This document shows, in pieces, positions 28,738 to 39,663 of a stretch of 64,000 nucleotides of DNA (its first letter is position 1; the number at the start of each line of letters is the position of its first letter). The notes beneath the pieces are model-generated. The model was not told the DNA's origin and searched no databases. It saw nothing but the letters and a program-made list of their open reading frames with translations. The stretch lies in contig CAZALK010000001.1 of NCBI GenBank assembly GCA_964486045.1, positions 328,242 to 392,241 on the forward strand, given 5' to 3'. Source of the DNA: an uncultured archaeon (GTDB lineage: Archaea > Asgardarchaeota > Lokiarchaeia > Sigyniarchaeales > SOKP01). The translations under genes were made by a program, and so were the position numbers.

Positions 28738-29811
28738 TTGGTTTTAAAATTGAGCTACGAAATTAAAGAAGATATTACTGAAATAATCACAAGACTTAAG
28801 AAAGAGAGTATTTCATTTGAGGGAAAAACGATATTGGTTACAGGAGGAGCGGGCTTTCTGGGTTCTTGGATATGTGATGTTATGGTTGAACAAGGCGCTT
28901 TTTGCATCTGTTTAGATAATTTTTCATCAGGTCAGCCTGAGAATATACTACACCTTATGGATAGAGACAATTTTCGCTTTATTAATCATGACATTTCTTA
29001 CCCTATCTACTTCGGCTTCTCCTATCATCCGTTAGGTATTTGTATTGGAGACATAAAAAAAATTGACATTGTTATGCATATGGCAAGTATGGCGTCTCCC
29101 TTTGAATTTAAGGAGGAACCAATTTCAATTCTAAGAAGTAATACTCTGGGAACTTTGAATACATTAGGAATTGCCAAATTCCATAATGCACTTTTTTTTT
29201 ATACAAGTACTTCTGAAGTGTATGGAAATCCCCCAAAAGAAGTTGTTCCTACTTCTGAAAGTTATTTTGGTTATGTAAATCCTGTAGGACCTCGAAGTTG
29301 TTATGACGAGTCTAAAAGAGCGGGTGAAGCGTTTGTTAAAGCATATGAGCTTCAACATCAAATGCGAACTAAAACTGTTAGAATTTTTAATACTTCTGGA
29401 CCTAGAATAAGACATGGACCAGAATTTGGAAGAGTAGTACCAAATTTTATACACCAGGCGATAAACGATGATGACATAACAATATTTGGGGATGGATCTC
29501 AAACAAGGTCATTCATTTATGTAGTGGATGAAATTGAGGGTCTTTTAAAAATGGTATACAAGGATGAAGCTATTGGAGAAGTTATTAATTTAGGTAGTGA
29601 TAAGGAATATGCCATAATAGATTTAGCCAAAATTATAATTAAATTAACTAATTCAAATTCAAAAATTGTGTTTAAACCCTTACCTATTGATGATCCGATA
29701 CGTAGGTGTCCAAATATAAAAAAGGCAAAAGAAATCTTAAATTGGGAACCCCAAACTTCTTTAGAGGAAGGATTAATAAAAACAATTGCTTGGTTTAAAG
29801 ATAATGAATGA
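28738..29811 (+). CDS. UDP-glucuronate decarboxylase-like NAD-dependent epimerase/dehydratase
   Basis: VTGGAGFLGS, STSEVYG, GPRSCYDESKR, FGDGSQTRSF, DDPIRRCP. Confidence 0.9.
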   Translation: MVLKLSYEIKEDITEIITRLKKESISFEGKTILVTGGAGFLGSWICDVMVEQGAFCICLDNFSSGQPENILHLMDRDNFRFINHDISYPIYFGFSYHPLGICIGDIKKIDIVMHMASMASPFEFKEEPISILRSNTLGTLNTLGIAKFHNALFFYTSTSEVYGNPPKEVVPTSESYFGYVNPVGPRSCYDESKRAGEAFVKAYELQHQMRTKTVRIFNTSGPRIRHGPEFGRVVPNFIHQAINDDDITIFGDGSQTRSFIYVVDEIEGLLKMVYKDEAIGEVINLGSDKEYAIIDLAKIIIKLTNSNSKIVFKPLPIDDPIRRCPNIKKAKEILNWEPQTSLEEGLIKTIAWFKDNE

Positions 29812-30328
29812 TGGGACCATATTAGATGAGAATGGGAGTAATCGGGAAAGTAAAAAGCAATTTGACTTCTTACTTAAGATTTGCCTAATTATTGGTATAA
29901 TTGTTGTGTCAGGTTTTATTATATATTATGTACTCACTCCTGAGCCTGGTTTTGTCAGTCTTGGGATCCTAAACTCAGAGAAAAAAGCTGAAAACTATCC
30001 TATTAATGCAACAATAGGTCAGAACGTTTCTTTTTATGTTACAATTGATAATCAGATGAAACGAGAATTTTCATTTCGAGTTGAGACTTTAAAAGGTGAT
30101 AATAACACTATAGTATCTTCTTCTCCTTCTATTAATGCGACATCTTACTTTAATACGACTAAAATCACATTATTGCATAACCAATTTTGGATATCTGAAA
30201 TGTTGAATGTTTCATTTTCTCAACCTGGAGAGGGTCAGAGGATTATTGTCGAATTATGGGAAATAAAAAATTCCGAAATTGAAAAATACTTTACCAATTT
30301 ATATCTTTGGTTAAATATATTACCTTAA
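29804..30328 (+). CDS. DUF1616-like membrane-anchored protein
   Basis: Single N-terminal TM, then GILNSEKKAENYP and a C-terminal LYLWLNI pattern. ORF track starts at 29786. Confidence 0.7.
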   Translation: MNDGTILDENGSNRESKKQFDFLLKICLIIGIIVVSGFIIYYVLTPEPGFVSLGILNSEKKAENYPINATIGQNVSFYVTIDNQMKREFSFRVETLKGDNNTIVSSSPSINATSYFNTTKITLLHNQFWISEMLNVSFSQPGEGQRIIVELWEIKNSEIEKYFTNLYLWLNILP

Positions 30329-30331
30329 TTA

Positions 30332-30471
30332 ATGAGAAAAAAAAACTAAATGGTTGCTTTTCCCAACAATTCGCTAATCAAAAAATAATAACGGAGCTAT
30401 GGCAGATCGGTAAAAGTGAATTAGAGAAATTTTACGATATATTATGGTTAAGGTTAAATATTACTTCTTAA
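30332..30471 (+). pseudogene. Collapsed remnant of a tandem paralog of the DUF1616-like gene
   Basis: 30346-30471 reads LNGCFSQQFANQKIITELWQIGKSELEKFYDILWLRLNITS*, which aligns with LNVSFSQPGEGQRIIVELWEIKNSEIEKYFTNLYLWLNILP* upstream. The ATG at 30332 is out of frame. Confidence 0.75.
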
Positions 30472-31844
30472 CTTACTGCTCCAATAATTTGTACATCCTT
30501 TACTCTTACATAAGGGGCTTGTAGCGAACCATAAATTTTAAATTCTCTTGAAACCGCATCAATATTTTTAAATAAATCTAACAGATTTATCCCAACCATA
30601 GTTTCATTCAAGGGATCTTTAATTTCACCATTCACGATTAAATTACCGTGAAGTATTAAACCCGAAAAGTCCCCCGTCGAAATATTAGGAGAATCTCCAG
30701 TATAATCGAACAAAATTCCTTCCTTCACATCTTCTCTAATTTCTTCAATACTCATCTCCCCATTTTGCATGATAAAATTCGTAGTGCTAATTGAAGGTAT
30801 AGAGCTATAGGAACTTCTAGATGCATTTCCTGTGCTTTCCACTCCCTCTTTACCAGCTGTATAACTATTGTGTAAAAGACCAGTTTCTAAAAATTCCCCA
30901 CTTTCAAAAACTTTTTTATTTTTACATGGAACCCCTTCACCATCAAAAATCGCGGATCCTACTGCACCATCAACTATTCCTTTATCGTCAATATTCAAAT
31001 ATTCTGATCCAATAACTTGATTCCTTTTATCCACGAGAAAACTCCTTTTATATTGAAAAGTCTCTCCATTTATCGCAGAAGCAATAGGTCTTAAGATTAA
31101 CTGTAACGTCCCTTTTGGAGTTAAAATTATTGGACATCTCATATTACTAATTTTTTTTCTATTGAGGTTTCGTTTAGCTTCTTCTAGAGCGGTATTCGCT
31201 ATTTTAAATGCGTTTAAATGGTTGAGGTTTCTTTCAGATTGCCATTCATAACCAAATGAGGTTTCATTGCTTACCTTATCTTTCACAATAATATGGGAGG
31301 ATATTGAACAGCTAGTTTCTTTACCCGTAATTTCTAAACCGTTTGAATTAAAAATATAAGTTTTTGAATAATTTGACAAAAAACCCCCTGATTGAGAGAT
31401 TGCTAGCTCATCCTGTTCGCAAACTTCAATTAAGGTATTGATATAACCTAATGAATCTTCTAACTGCATTTCTTTCAGATTTTTATCGAATAGACCATTT
31501 ACATTTGGATATTTTTGATATGAATTTGGTAGATCATAGAAATCCGGATCGGGAGTGCTAACATTCATCATCTTCAGAGCCGTTTTACAAATCTCCTCTA
31601 TTGTTTTTTTCTCTATTTTATTTGAGAAAGCAAATCCTAAAGCGCCCTTCTTATCAATAACTCGTAAGCCCAAACCGTGGTCTTCTCCAATTTCGCTATT
31701 CTTCACCGAGTTTTCTTCAATATCTATATTGATATAATTATTTTTTTCATAGAAAATTTCAGCCCGTATTAGTTCATTTGCTCCTTCATCAATTAATTTA
31801 AAAACGTGATTAGCTACATTATAGATATCATAGTCGTTTTCCAT
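30468..31844 (-). CDS. pmbA: TldE/PmbA family protein
   Basis: FDGEGVP, STGNASR, NISTGDFS. Lacks the HExxGH motif and is adjacent to tldD. Confidence 0.9.
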   Translation of the reverse strand: MENDYDIYNVANHVFKLIDEGANELIRAEIFYEKNNYINIDIEENSVKNSEIGEDHGLGLRVIDKKGALGFAFSNKIEKKTIEEICKTALKMMNVSTPDPDFYDLPNSYQKYPNVNGLFDKNLKEMQLEDSLGYINTLIEVCEQDELAISQSGGFLSNYSKTYIFNSNGLEITGKETSCSISSHIIVKDKVSNETSFGYEWQSERNLNHLNAFKIANTALEEAKRNLNRKKISNMRCPIILTPKGTLQLILRPIASAINGETFQYKRSFLVDKRNQVIGSEYLNIDDKGIVDGAVGSAIFDGEGVPCKNKKVFESGEFLETGLLHNSYTAGKEGVESTGNASRSSYSSIPSISTTNFIMQNGEMSIEEIREDVKEGILFDYTGDSPNISTGDFSGLILHGNLIVNGEIKDPLNETMVGINLLDLFKNIDAVSREFKIYGSLQAPYVRVKDVQIIGAVS

Positions 31845-33290
31845 TTAATTTAAGCCTCCGACTGTAATATCTTCAATACGAATATGAGGGCCTCCATCAC
31901 AAACTCGAACACTTTGCCCTCCTTTTCCACATATTCCATCAGAATAACTAGTTTGCTTTCCAATTGCTGAAATTTTATTTAAGACTTCAAGAATCATACC
32001 ACTTAGAGACACGTCTCTCATTAATTCCTTTTTCTCTCCATTTTCAATTTTATAAGAAAACTTACATTTAAATTGAAAATTCCCAGTTGAGGGATCGGTA
32101 TAACCATACTGAAAATCTTCACATAAAATGCCATTTTTAGTATCTTCAATTATTTCCTCGTTGTTCCAATCTCCTGGTTCTAAAAAGGTAAATCCCATAC
32201 GCACTTGAGGTCTTGAAGAAGAAGATGATGCTCTTCCATGACCGTTAGAAAGAGTACCCATTCTTGAGGATGTTTCTAAATTATGTAGGTAATTTTTGAG
32301 GATTCCCTTTTCGATTATGGTTGTTTTTTGGGATGGAATTCCTTCATCATCTACGAAATAACACCCAAACAATTCATACGGCATATTAAATTTTTTACCT
32401 TGCCCCATAGTCGGATTATCTATAATATTGACTTTTTCTGAAGCAACTTGTTTACCAATCTTTCCTTTTAATAAGCTATCATTGTTCAACACTAAATCTG
32501 CTTCAACACCATGGCCGAATGCCTCATGAATTAACGTACCTGTCAACTTTGGATCAGTAATAACTGTTAATTTACCACCAATAGGTGATTTTGCTCTTAA
32601 TAAATCAACGGCTTCTTTTGCTGATTTCGTGCTTAAATTTTCTGCTTTTTCTGTTTTCGTAATTTCAAAGCCACCTAGACCCCCAATAGTGTTTGCAGAC
32701 CTCTGAATTGAACCATTTTCTTGAGTATAAACTTTGCTAAACAATCTTAAAAACGATAGATCTTGAAATACATAACTATTGAAGGAATTAACTAATAAGT
32801 TGTTAACATGACCATCAATATAAAGAGTATGAGTATTTTTTATTTTTGAAGAATAGTCAGAAGCAATTTTCTCATGATATTTAACAAGATTGATTTTCTC
32901 CTCGATATCAACTTCTTCTAAATTTCTCTTGCTACTGGTTTTGAACTCTTGAATAAGGGGATCTCTTGGAGCTATTTTGAACTTGTTTTTACATAAGGAT
33001 TCTGATAATCTGGCTAATTTAACTGCTTTTTGAAATCCTTTTATTATCGATTTTTTGTTTAGATCTTTTAGTACACAAAAGCCCCAACCCCCGTTATTAA
33101 AAGCTCTTATTCCACATTCGGTTATATAATGAGAAGATATTTCCTTACTCTTTGAATCTGTAAAATCTAACGTAGTACCACGACTTACTCCTGTTCTGAT
33201 ATCCCAAAACTCGGTTTTGTCCTTAGCAATAGAATTTAATTCTTTTATTAATTTATCATCGATTTCCTTTAAATCATCCACAATATCCAT
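31845..33290 (-). CDS. tldD: TldD family metalloprotease
   Basis: HEAFGHGVEAD, DDEG, NGHGR, CGKGGQSVRVCDGGPH. Confidence 0.92.
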   Translation of the reverse strand: MDIVDDLKEIDDKLIKELNSIAKDKTEFWDIRTGVSRGTTLDFTDSKSKEISSHYITECGIRAFNNGGWGFCVLKDLNKKSIIKGFQKAVKLARLSESLCKNKFKIAPRDPLIQEFKTSSKRNLEEVDIEEKINLVKYHEKIASDYSSKIKNTHTLYIDGHVNNLLVNSFNSYVFQDLSFLRLFSKVYTQENGSIQRSANTIGGLGGFEITKTEKAENLSTKSAKEAVDLLRAKSPIGGKLTVITDPKLTGTLIHEAFGHGVEADLVLNNDSLLKGKIGKQVASEKVNIIDNPTMGQGKKFNMPYELFGCYFVDDEGIPSQKTTIIEKGILKNYLHNLETSSRMGTLSNGHGRASSSSSRPQVRMGFTFLEPGDWNNEEIIEDTKNGILCEDFQYGYTDPSTGNFQFKCKFSYKIENGEKKELMRDVSLSGMILEVLNKISAIGKQTSYSDGICGKGGQSVRVCDGGPHIRIEDITVGGLN

Positions 33291-33436
33291 ATTTGTTTCT
33301 CTGTTTGATTTTTATTTCAAGATATATAAAAAGCATTTAGGTTTACAAAGTTTCATAAAAGATTTGGAGAAAATATTTTAAATACCTTTGTTTTTTAATA
33401 TATCAACATTAATAAAAGCCAAATTCAAAATAAAAT

Positions 33437-33634
33437 TTAGGTTTTTGTTTTCAGCTCTTTAATTATCGCAATAGCTCCTTTAGTTGTGCAAAGTTTAGTA
33501 AACTTTGTTGAATTTTTAAATGAAAAAGAATGGTTACATTTCCAACATTTTTTTTTTTTAATCACACGATGTGTATAGTACCATTCCCCACAATTATAAC
33601 ATCGATAAAAAAAGTATTTTATTTGAGTATACAT
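33437..33634 (-). CDS. Small zinc-ribbon protein (DUF1922-like)
   Basis: CYNCG...KKCWKCN in a 65-aa ORF. Confidence 0.7.
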   Translation of the reverse strand: MYTQIKYFFYRCYNCGEWYYTHRVIKKKKCWKCNHSFSFKNSTKFTKLCTTKGAIAIIKELKTKT

Positions 33635-33842
33635 TCATGGGGTTTAATTTAGTAGTAAATTTATTCTACATTAGCTAGAAGATTTACTGATTTTTGCCTT
33701 TTTTGTTATAAGATTGCTATTTAATACTAATTAGATATACTCAATTGTTATTGAAATTATGATATCGTGTAAATAAAATAAGATATATGTTTTGATGAAT
33801 CATTATTTTAAGTATAAGAAACAAAAAAAAAAAGGAGAAAAT

Positions 33843-35201
33843 ATGGATCACAAATTTATCAATCCTATAGAAACTAGGTATCGAACTGATATTGCTAATT
33901 TGTTTACTGAGGAAAAAAAGTTAGAAAATTGGTTAAAAGTGGAAGCCGTTTTAGCACGGGTTCATGCAGAATTTGGAAACATTCCTAAAGAAGCCGCAGA
34001 TGAGATTAGCAGAAAGGCCAGTTTAAAGTATGTGAAATTAGAGAGAGTCAAAGAAATTGATAGAGAGATCCATCACGATTTAATGGCGATGGTAAAGGGT
34101 CTAGCGGAACAATGTGAAAGAGATGCAGGTAAATATATCCATTTAGGAGCAACAAGTTATGACATTGAAGATTGTTCCACTGCTATGCAATTAAAAGAAG
34201 CTTTACATTGTATTAAAAAATCTTTATTGGAATTATTGAATGTTTTGATAAAATTAGCGGAAGAAAAAAAAGATTTAGTTTGTATCGGAAGAACTCATGG
34301 TCAACATGCAGTCCCAACTACATATGGAATGAGGTTTGGTGTATGGGCTTACGAAGTTAGTAGACATCTTGATCGTTTATCTGAAGTATTAGATCGTATA
34401 TCATATGGTAAAATGTCTGGTGCAATTGGCACTATGGCAAGTTTTGGAGAGAAAGCAGTTGAAATACAACGCAGTGTAATGAACAAACTTGAATTAAATC
34501 CTGTTATTATCGCGAACCAGGTGATACAGAGAGATAGACATGCTGAAGTTATATTCTTAACTGCAATTATTGGACAATCCTTAGCTAAAATCGCAAGAGA
34601 AAATAGGATATTACAGAGAAGTGAGATTTCTGAAATGCTTGAACCTTTTAAAAAGGCACAGGTTGGAAGTTCTACTATGCCTCATAAACGAAATCCTCAT
34701 AAATCAGAAAGAATTTGTAGTTTAGCAAGAATTATTAAATCTAATATCATTCCTGCCTTAGATAATATTGTATTAGAAGATGAAAGAGATATTACTAACT
34801 CGGCATCAGAACGAGTGATTTTTGGGGAAAATTTTGTATTTCTTGATTATATGATAAAAGAATTAACAACAAATCTTAAAGGAGTAGAATTTGATGAGAT
34901 TAAAATTGAAGAAAACCTCAATCTCACTAAAGGAGCATGTCTTAGCGAAAAAGTTATGGTTAAACTAGTTAGTAAGGGAATAGGAAGACAGGAAGGACAT
35001 GAACTTTTAAGACAAACAGCAATTAATGCACGAAGAGACAATCGGTTTATGAAGGAGATTTTGTATGAAAATTCTAAAATCAAAAATTTATTCACAAAAG
35101 AAGAGTTAAATGAGTTGTTTGATCCCCATAAATATATTGGTAAAGCGATTGATCAAACAGAGAAGTTAATTAAAATTATGAAAAGTAAATACAATTGGTA
35201 G
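33843..35201 (+). CDS. purB: Adenylosuccinate lyase
   Basis: HLGATSYD, GRTHGQHA, GSSTMPHKRNP. GGAG RBS before ATG 33843. Confidence 0.95.
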   Translation: MDHKFINPIETRYRTDIANLFTEEKKLENWLKVEAVLARVHAEFGNIPKEAADEISRKASLKYVKLERVKEIDREIHHDLMAMVKGLAEQCERDAGKYIHLGATSYDIEDCSTAMQLKEALHCIKKSLLELLNVLIKLAEEKKDLVCIGRTHGQHAVPTTYGMRFGVWAYEVSRHLDRLSEVLDRISYGKMSGAIGTMASFGEKAVEIQRSVMNKLELNPVIIANQVIQRDRHAEVIFLTAIIGQSLAKIARENRILQRSEISEMLEPFKKAQVGSSTMPHKRNPHKSERICSLARIIKSNIIPALDNIVLEDERDITNSASERVIFGENFVFLDYMIKELTTNLKGVEFDEIKIEENLNLTKGACLSEKVMVKLVSKGIGRQEGHELLRQTAINARRDNRFMKEILYENSKIKNLFTKEELNELFDPHKYIGKAIDQTEKLIKIMKSKYNW

Positions 35202-35210
35202 CCAAATATA

Positions 35211-36389
35211 ATGGCTGAAGATGAGAATATTTATTCTAAACTGGGAGTTTCATCCAAAAAAGAAGATGTTCATAACGCTATTAAAAAATTAGGAAAAGGG
35301 TTGTTTCCCGGCTCCTTTTGTAAAATTGTTAAAGATGTAAACGACCGAAATGATTATTGTTCCATTTCCCATGCTGACGGTGCAGGCACTAAATCAAGTT
35401 TAGCATATATGTATTATAAGGAAACGGGAGATCTTTCTATTTTCAAAGATGTTGTCAAGGATGCTATAATTATGAATATTGATGACATTTTGTGTGTGGG
35501 TGCGACTGGGAAGATGTTTTTAGTCAACAATCTTGGTCGGAACAGTAATTATATCTCAAGAGATATTATTGCTACAATTATTAAAGAGTATTATGATTAT
35601 AGTAAAAAACTAACTGAACTCGGTTTAGAAGTGATTTTATGTGGAGGTGAAACCGCAGATGTTGGTGATATAGTAAAAACTATCCTTCTCGATGCATCTG
35701 TATTCACTTGCATGAAAAAGGAAAATGTCATAAATGCTGCTAACATTCAAGTAGATGATGTGATAGTGGGACTCGCAAGTTATGGAAAAGCTTCGTATGA
35801 AGAAGAGTTCAATAGTGGCATTGGGAGCAATGGACTCACTTTAGCTAGACATGGTGTACTTTCTCATGAATACCATTCTAAATATCCTGAATGTTATGAC
35901 CGAAATTTAGATGAAAAACTAGTTTTTTTTGGTAATCATAAACTAACAGATCCAATAAAGGGTGTAGACTTAACTGTAGGGGAAGCTTTATTATCCCCAA
36001 CTAGGACTTATGTGCCATTAATAATTGAAGTTTTGAAGCAATTTCGAACGGATATTCATGGAATCATACACAATACAGGGGGTGGTCAAACAAAAAACTT
36101 GAATTATGGTAACGGTATTAATTATATCAAAAATAATCTATTTTCCCTCCCAAAAATTTTTGAAATAATTCAGAACTCTTCTGAAACCAAGTGGAAAGAT
36201 ATGTATAGGGTGTTTAATATGGGGCATAGAATGGAATTATATTGTGAAGAAGCAGTAGCCAAAGAAATTATAAAAATTGCTTCACAATTTAAAATTGAAT
36301 CAAAAATTATTGGAAGATGTGAAAAATCACCATTTAAGGATAATGTTGTCAATATTAATTCAGAATTTGGTTCTTTCAAATATAATTAA
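35211..36389 (+). CDS. purM: AIR synthase (phosphoribosylformylglycinamidine cyclo-ligase) family
   Basis: HADGAGTK, MNIDD, GGETAD, GSNGLTLAR, LLSPTR, FNMGHRM. Adjacent to purB. Confidence 0.88.
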   Translation: MAEDENIYSKLGVSSKKEDVHNAIKKLGKGLFPGSFCKIVKDVNDRNDYCSISHADGAGTKSSLAYMYYKETGDLSIFKDVVKDAIIMNIDDILCVGATGKMFLVNNLGRNSNYISRDIIATIIKEYYDYSKKLTELGLEVILCGGETADVGDIVKTILLDASVFTCMKKENVINAANIQVDDVIVGLASYGKASYEEEFNSGIGSNGLTLARHGVLSHEYHSKYPECYDRNLDEKLVFFGNHKLTDPIKGVDLTVGEALLSPTRTYVPLIIEVLKQFRTDIHGIIHNTGGGQTKNLNYGNGINYIKNNLFSLPKIFEIIQNSSETKWKDMYRVFNMGHRMELYCEEAVAKEIIKIASQFKIESKIIGRCEKSPFKDNVVNINSEFGSFKYN

Positions 36390-36400
36390 AATTAGTAAAA

Positions 36401-37351
36401 ATGACTAATACCTTCGATGTTATTTGTATAGGAGCCGCCCTTGTTGATATGGTGGCTCAAATCGAGAGACATCCAGAAGAGGATGACGAAGTTTTTGTTT
36501 CTGATTTAAAATTATTTTCTGGGGGAGCTGCTGCAAATACTGCATTTGTATGTGCAAAACTGAATTTAAAAACTGCCTTTATTGGAAAACTAGGTCGAAA
36601 TGATACATTTGGAACTATGATAATTAATGATTTTAATAAAGCAGATTTAAATACGGATTTAATAAAATACTCCAATGAATACACAACTGGATCTGCTTAC
36701 GTAGCCTTAAATAAAGAAGGAGATCGAAGGATTTATGCCCATAGTGGAGCTGCAAATTATCTTTCAAAAAAAGATATTCGAGAGGATGAACTATCTTCGG
36801 CTAAAATCCTCTTTTTAAGCAGTTTAAAAAACTTAGAGCCTTTTGTTATTGCTGCTGAAATTGGGAAGAGAAAAAATATTCCACTAATTCTAAACCCGGG
36901 TATGTTGATAATAGAACAAGGTTTTACAAACATTAAGAATCTTTTAGAAAAAGTTGATATTTTAATTATATCCCAGAGAGAATTCCAAGTTCTCTTTCAT
37001 GTCTCAGAAGAAAGTTTCAATCTTAATATTGCTCAGGAAAAGTCGGAAAATCTATTCTCAATCGGAATAAAGGTTCTAATAATCACAATCGGTAAAAAAG
37101 GAGCTTTATTAGTTACACCAAATAGTGCACAGATTATTCCGCCATTTAAACCTGATAGAGTTGTCGATACTACAGGAGCAGGAGATGCATTTTCAGCCGG
37201 TTTTGTATATGGATTTTTCCAGAATCTTAGTTTTGAATTAGATGATCTTAAAAACGATGCAAAGATAGGGAATTTTGTTGCTAGCAAGTGCATTGAGAAA
37301 TTGGGAGCTAGAAAAGGAATTCCGGACTTGGAGGAAGTAAAATCGGTTTAA
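36401..37351 (+). CDS. PfkB/ribokinase-family kinase
   Basis: GGAAANTA, DTTGAGDAFSAGF. Confidence 0.92.
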   Translation: MTNTFDVICIGAALVDMVAQIERHPEEDDEVFVSDLKLFSGGAAANTAFVCAKLNLKTAFIGKLGRNDTFGTMIINDFNKADLNTDLIKYSNEYTTGSAYVALNKEGDRRIYAHSGAANYLSKKDIREDELSSAKILFLSSLKNLEPFVIAAEIGKRKNIPLILNPGMLIIEQGFTNIKNLLEKVDILIISQREFQVLFHVSEESFNLNIAQEKSENLFSIGIKVLIITIGKKGALLVTPNSAQIIPPFKPDRVVDTTGAGDAFSAGFVYGFFQNLSFELDDLKNDAKIGNFVASKCIEKLGARKGIPDLEEVKSV

Positions 37352-37423
37352 TCGGTGCTAGTAATCAAAAAGTTTTTAATTCTTCAATACAATAATTTTT
37401 TATTAAAATAAGAGTGAGGAGAT

Positions 37424-38494
37424 ATGGTTTTTTCAAAACAAAAGAGAAAAATTGCGAAAGTTAGATTTACATTTTTTCTCTATGAAGTAGCACTTGTATT
37501 TGTTTTTTTATTTGTCCTCCTTATTATTCCGGTTTTTTTAATTCCTCTAATTGCAAAAGAAGGGAGTAATCTTTATGGTATCTTATTTTATGTAATAAGA
37601 GCAATAATTATTTTCTTCGGTATACCTCTAATTTTATATTTAACCACTCTATTATTCGATTCCCAAAAAAAAATTATTCTCGATGAAGATATCTCTCCTT
37701 CAACCGGCCATCTAAAATTGTATCGGATGACGAGAAAAAATTATAAATTTCAAATTTTATATGGATTCTTGATTTTCTTTTTAGTTTTTTTACCGATAGA
37801 TTTCTTCACTTACCTTGTAGTCCCAGAAACTATTGGTTATCAAGCATTTGTACTTGCAAGTAAAAATACAAACTTTTATATTGGCCCCATGTCCAACAAT
37901 TACTTTATATTTTTGATTTCTGCAATCATCATCCAGTTTTCAGTAGCTATTACTGAAGAAACGGTTACGAGGGGATTTTTAGCTAAACGAGGTAGTGAGT
38001 ATTTTTTTAAAATGTCTGCTGTGATCATATCGTCTTTATATTTTGGGTTAGGTCATTTAGCTTATCTCATCCAGGCTACTGCGTGGTACCCCTTAATTTG
38101 GTTTGGAGAAGCGTTTATAGTTGGTATAATTTTGGCTTTAATTGTATTACGAAAAAAGTGGATTCTTCCGGCAATAATTGCCCATGCTTTAAACAATATC
38201 GTTTCTGCTCATACTATTTGGAGTTTCTTGCAGGGAATTAGTTTTCAAATTGTCATTTTTTATGTTTATATTCCCCTGTTTATTATTGGTATTTTATTTG
38301 TGTTTGTTTGTTGGCTATTAGTATGGGAATTTTCGAGTTTCAAGCAAGGACTCTCAAATGGATTTTCTACTTTAAAAACATATTTTAAGAGAGATTCTGA
38401 AGAAGATACAAAAGGAGATACTTTATTCCGTATCTTTATTGATATTGTGATTGGGTTTCTGATTTTTATTATGGGTATGTTGATCGCAATTTAA
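37424..38494 (+). CDS. CPBP (Abi/Rce1-like) intramembrane glutamic protease
   Basis: EETVTRG, FGLGH, AHALNN motifs in a multi-TM protein. Confidence 0.88.
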   Translation: MVFSKQKRKIAKVRFTFFLYEVALVFVFLFVLLIIPVFLIPLIAKEGSNLYGILFYVIRAIIIFFGIPLILYLTTLLFDSQKKIILDEDISPSTGHLKLYRMTRKNYKFQILYGFLIFFLVFLPIDFFTYLVVPETIGYQAFVLASKNTNFYIGPMSNNYFIFLISAIIIQFSVAITEETVTRGFLAKRGSEYFFKMSAVIISSLYFGLGHLAYLIQATAWYPLIWFGEAFIVGIILALIVLRKKWILPAIIAHALNNIVSAHTIWSFLQGISFQIVIFYVYIPLFIIGILFVFVCWLLVWEFSSFKQGLSNGFSTLKTYFKRDSEEDTKGDTLFRIFIDIVIGFLIFIMGMLIAI

Positions 38495-38509
38495 TGGAGC
38501 ATAGATTTA

Positions 38510-39028
38510 ATGAAGTTTGGTATAATTTCTGATACTCACATAACTTCTGGTACTAAAAAGCCCCAAATAACGGCATTACTTGATCAATTAAAAAGCGTTT
38601 TTAAAGATGTTGATCAAATTATTCATGCAGGAGATGTATGTGAGCTCTTCTTTTTAGACGAGTTAAGAAGTATAGCTCCTCTTATTTGTGTAAAAGGAAA
38701 TATAGATAAAATTGAGAACTTAAATCAATTTGAAAAATTTTCAGAAAGTCGTTATAATATCGGAGTAATTCATATATTGCCTAAGAATCTAGAAGAATTC
38801 ATAAAAGAAAATAATTTACACATTATCATTTTTGGACACACTCATGTTCCACTAATAAAGGGAACAAAATTTAACACTTTACTCGTAAATCCTGGGTCCC
38901 CTACAGCACCAAAACCGCCACCTCAAAAATCAGGATTTCTTAAACCGGTAGCAAGGCCTAGTGTTATAACATTGAATATTGATGAGAATGATGTTATGTC
39001 TACTTTTATTTTAACATTGAGGAGTTAA
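38510..39028 (+). CDS. YfcE/Vps29-family metallophosphoesterase
   Basis: ISDTH, HAGD, GNID, FGHTH, NPGS. Confidence 0.9.
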   Translation: MKFGIISDTHITSGTKKPQITALLDQLKSVFKDVDQIIHAGDVCELFFLDELRSIAPLICVKGNIDKIENLNQFEKFSESRYNIGVIHILPKNLEEFIKENNLHIIIFGHTHVPLIKGTKFNTLLVNPGSPTAPKPPPQKSGFLKPVARPSVITLNIDENDVMSTFILTLRS

Positions 39029-39265
39029 AAGATGAAGAATTTAATTTTCTAATTATTCATTTTACAAAAGACAATAAAAAAGTTGATTTTTTATAAAGAA
39101 GTCAAAATTTTAAGTGTTCTTCTTTTTTCATTTTCGACATCAAATAATTTTAAATAGAATTTTACTCATATTATTTATACTAAGAAAGTTTGTACCGAAG
39201 TATTACAATTAATACATTCTAACAAAAAATGATTGTACCTAAAAAAATAGTAAGAGAGCGTTAAA

Positions 39266-39661
39266 TTGGTTAGCAGACTCGATCTAGTACTTAAAGAACT
39301 TAATGAAAATGGAAATTTCCGAGCATCATTATTCGCTACTTCAGCAGGTCTCGTTTTAGCTTCCCAAAAAGAAGAAGATATAGATGAACGTGTAGTAGCA
39401 GCAATGAGTTCTTTATTAAGTGATGCTGCTTATAAAGCCTCTGAAGAAATTGGTTTATCAGATGTAATGAGTGTGAAGATTAAGTATAAAGAAGATTTTA
39501 TTATAATGAGAAATATTAGTATGAACAAAACAACCGAATTTCTTTTAGCTATCCTCACAAAATTACCAGAATCAGAGGAAATTGAAAAATACACCGATCA
39601 ACTTCTTGATTGGGCTGAAGAAAATAGTAGAGCAGACCTGGAAAAATTATCTACGCTTTAA
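39266..39661 (+). CDS. Roadblock/LC7 domain protein
   Basis: SLFATSAGLVLAS...VAAMSSLL pattern, 131 aa. Confidence 0.82.
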   Translation: MVSRLDLVLKELNENGNFRASLFATSAGLVLASQKEEDIDERVVAAMSSLLSDAAYKASEEIGLSDVMSVKIKYKEDFIIMRNISMNKTTEFLLAILTKLPESEEIEKYTDQLLDWAEENSRADLEKLSTL

Positions 39662-39663
39662 AA

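Noticed and set aside
29000-29060. About 15-aa insertion (YFGFSYHPLGICIGD) in the UDP-glucuronate decarboxylase as a hidden intron
   Set aside because: The frame is open. The only 4-bp helix I found (CTCC/GGAG) would excise 28 nt and frameshift the gene, and the inner helix does not pair.
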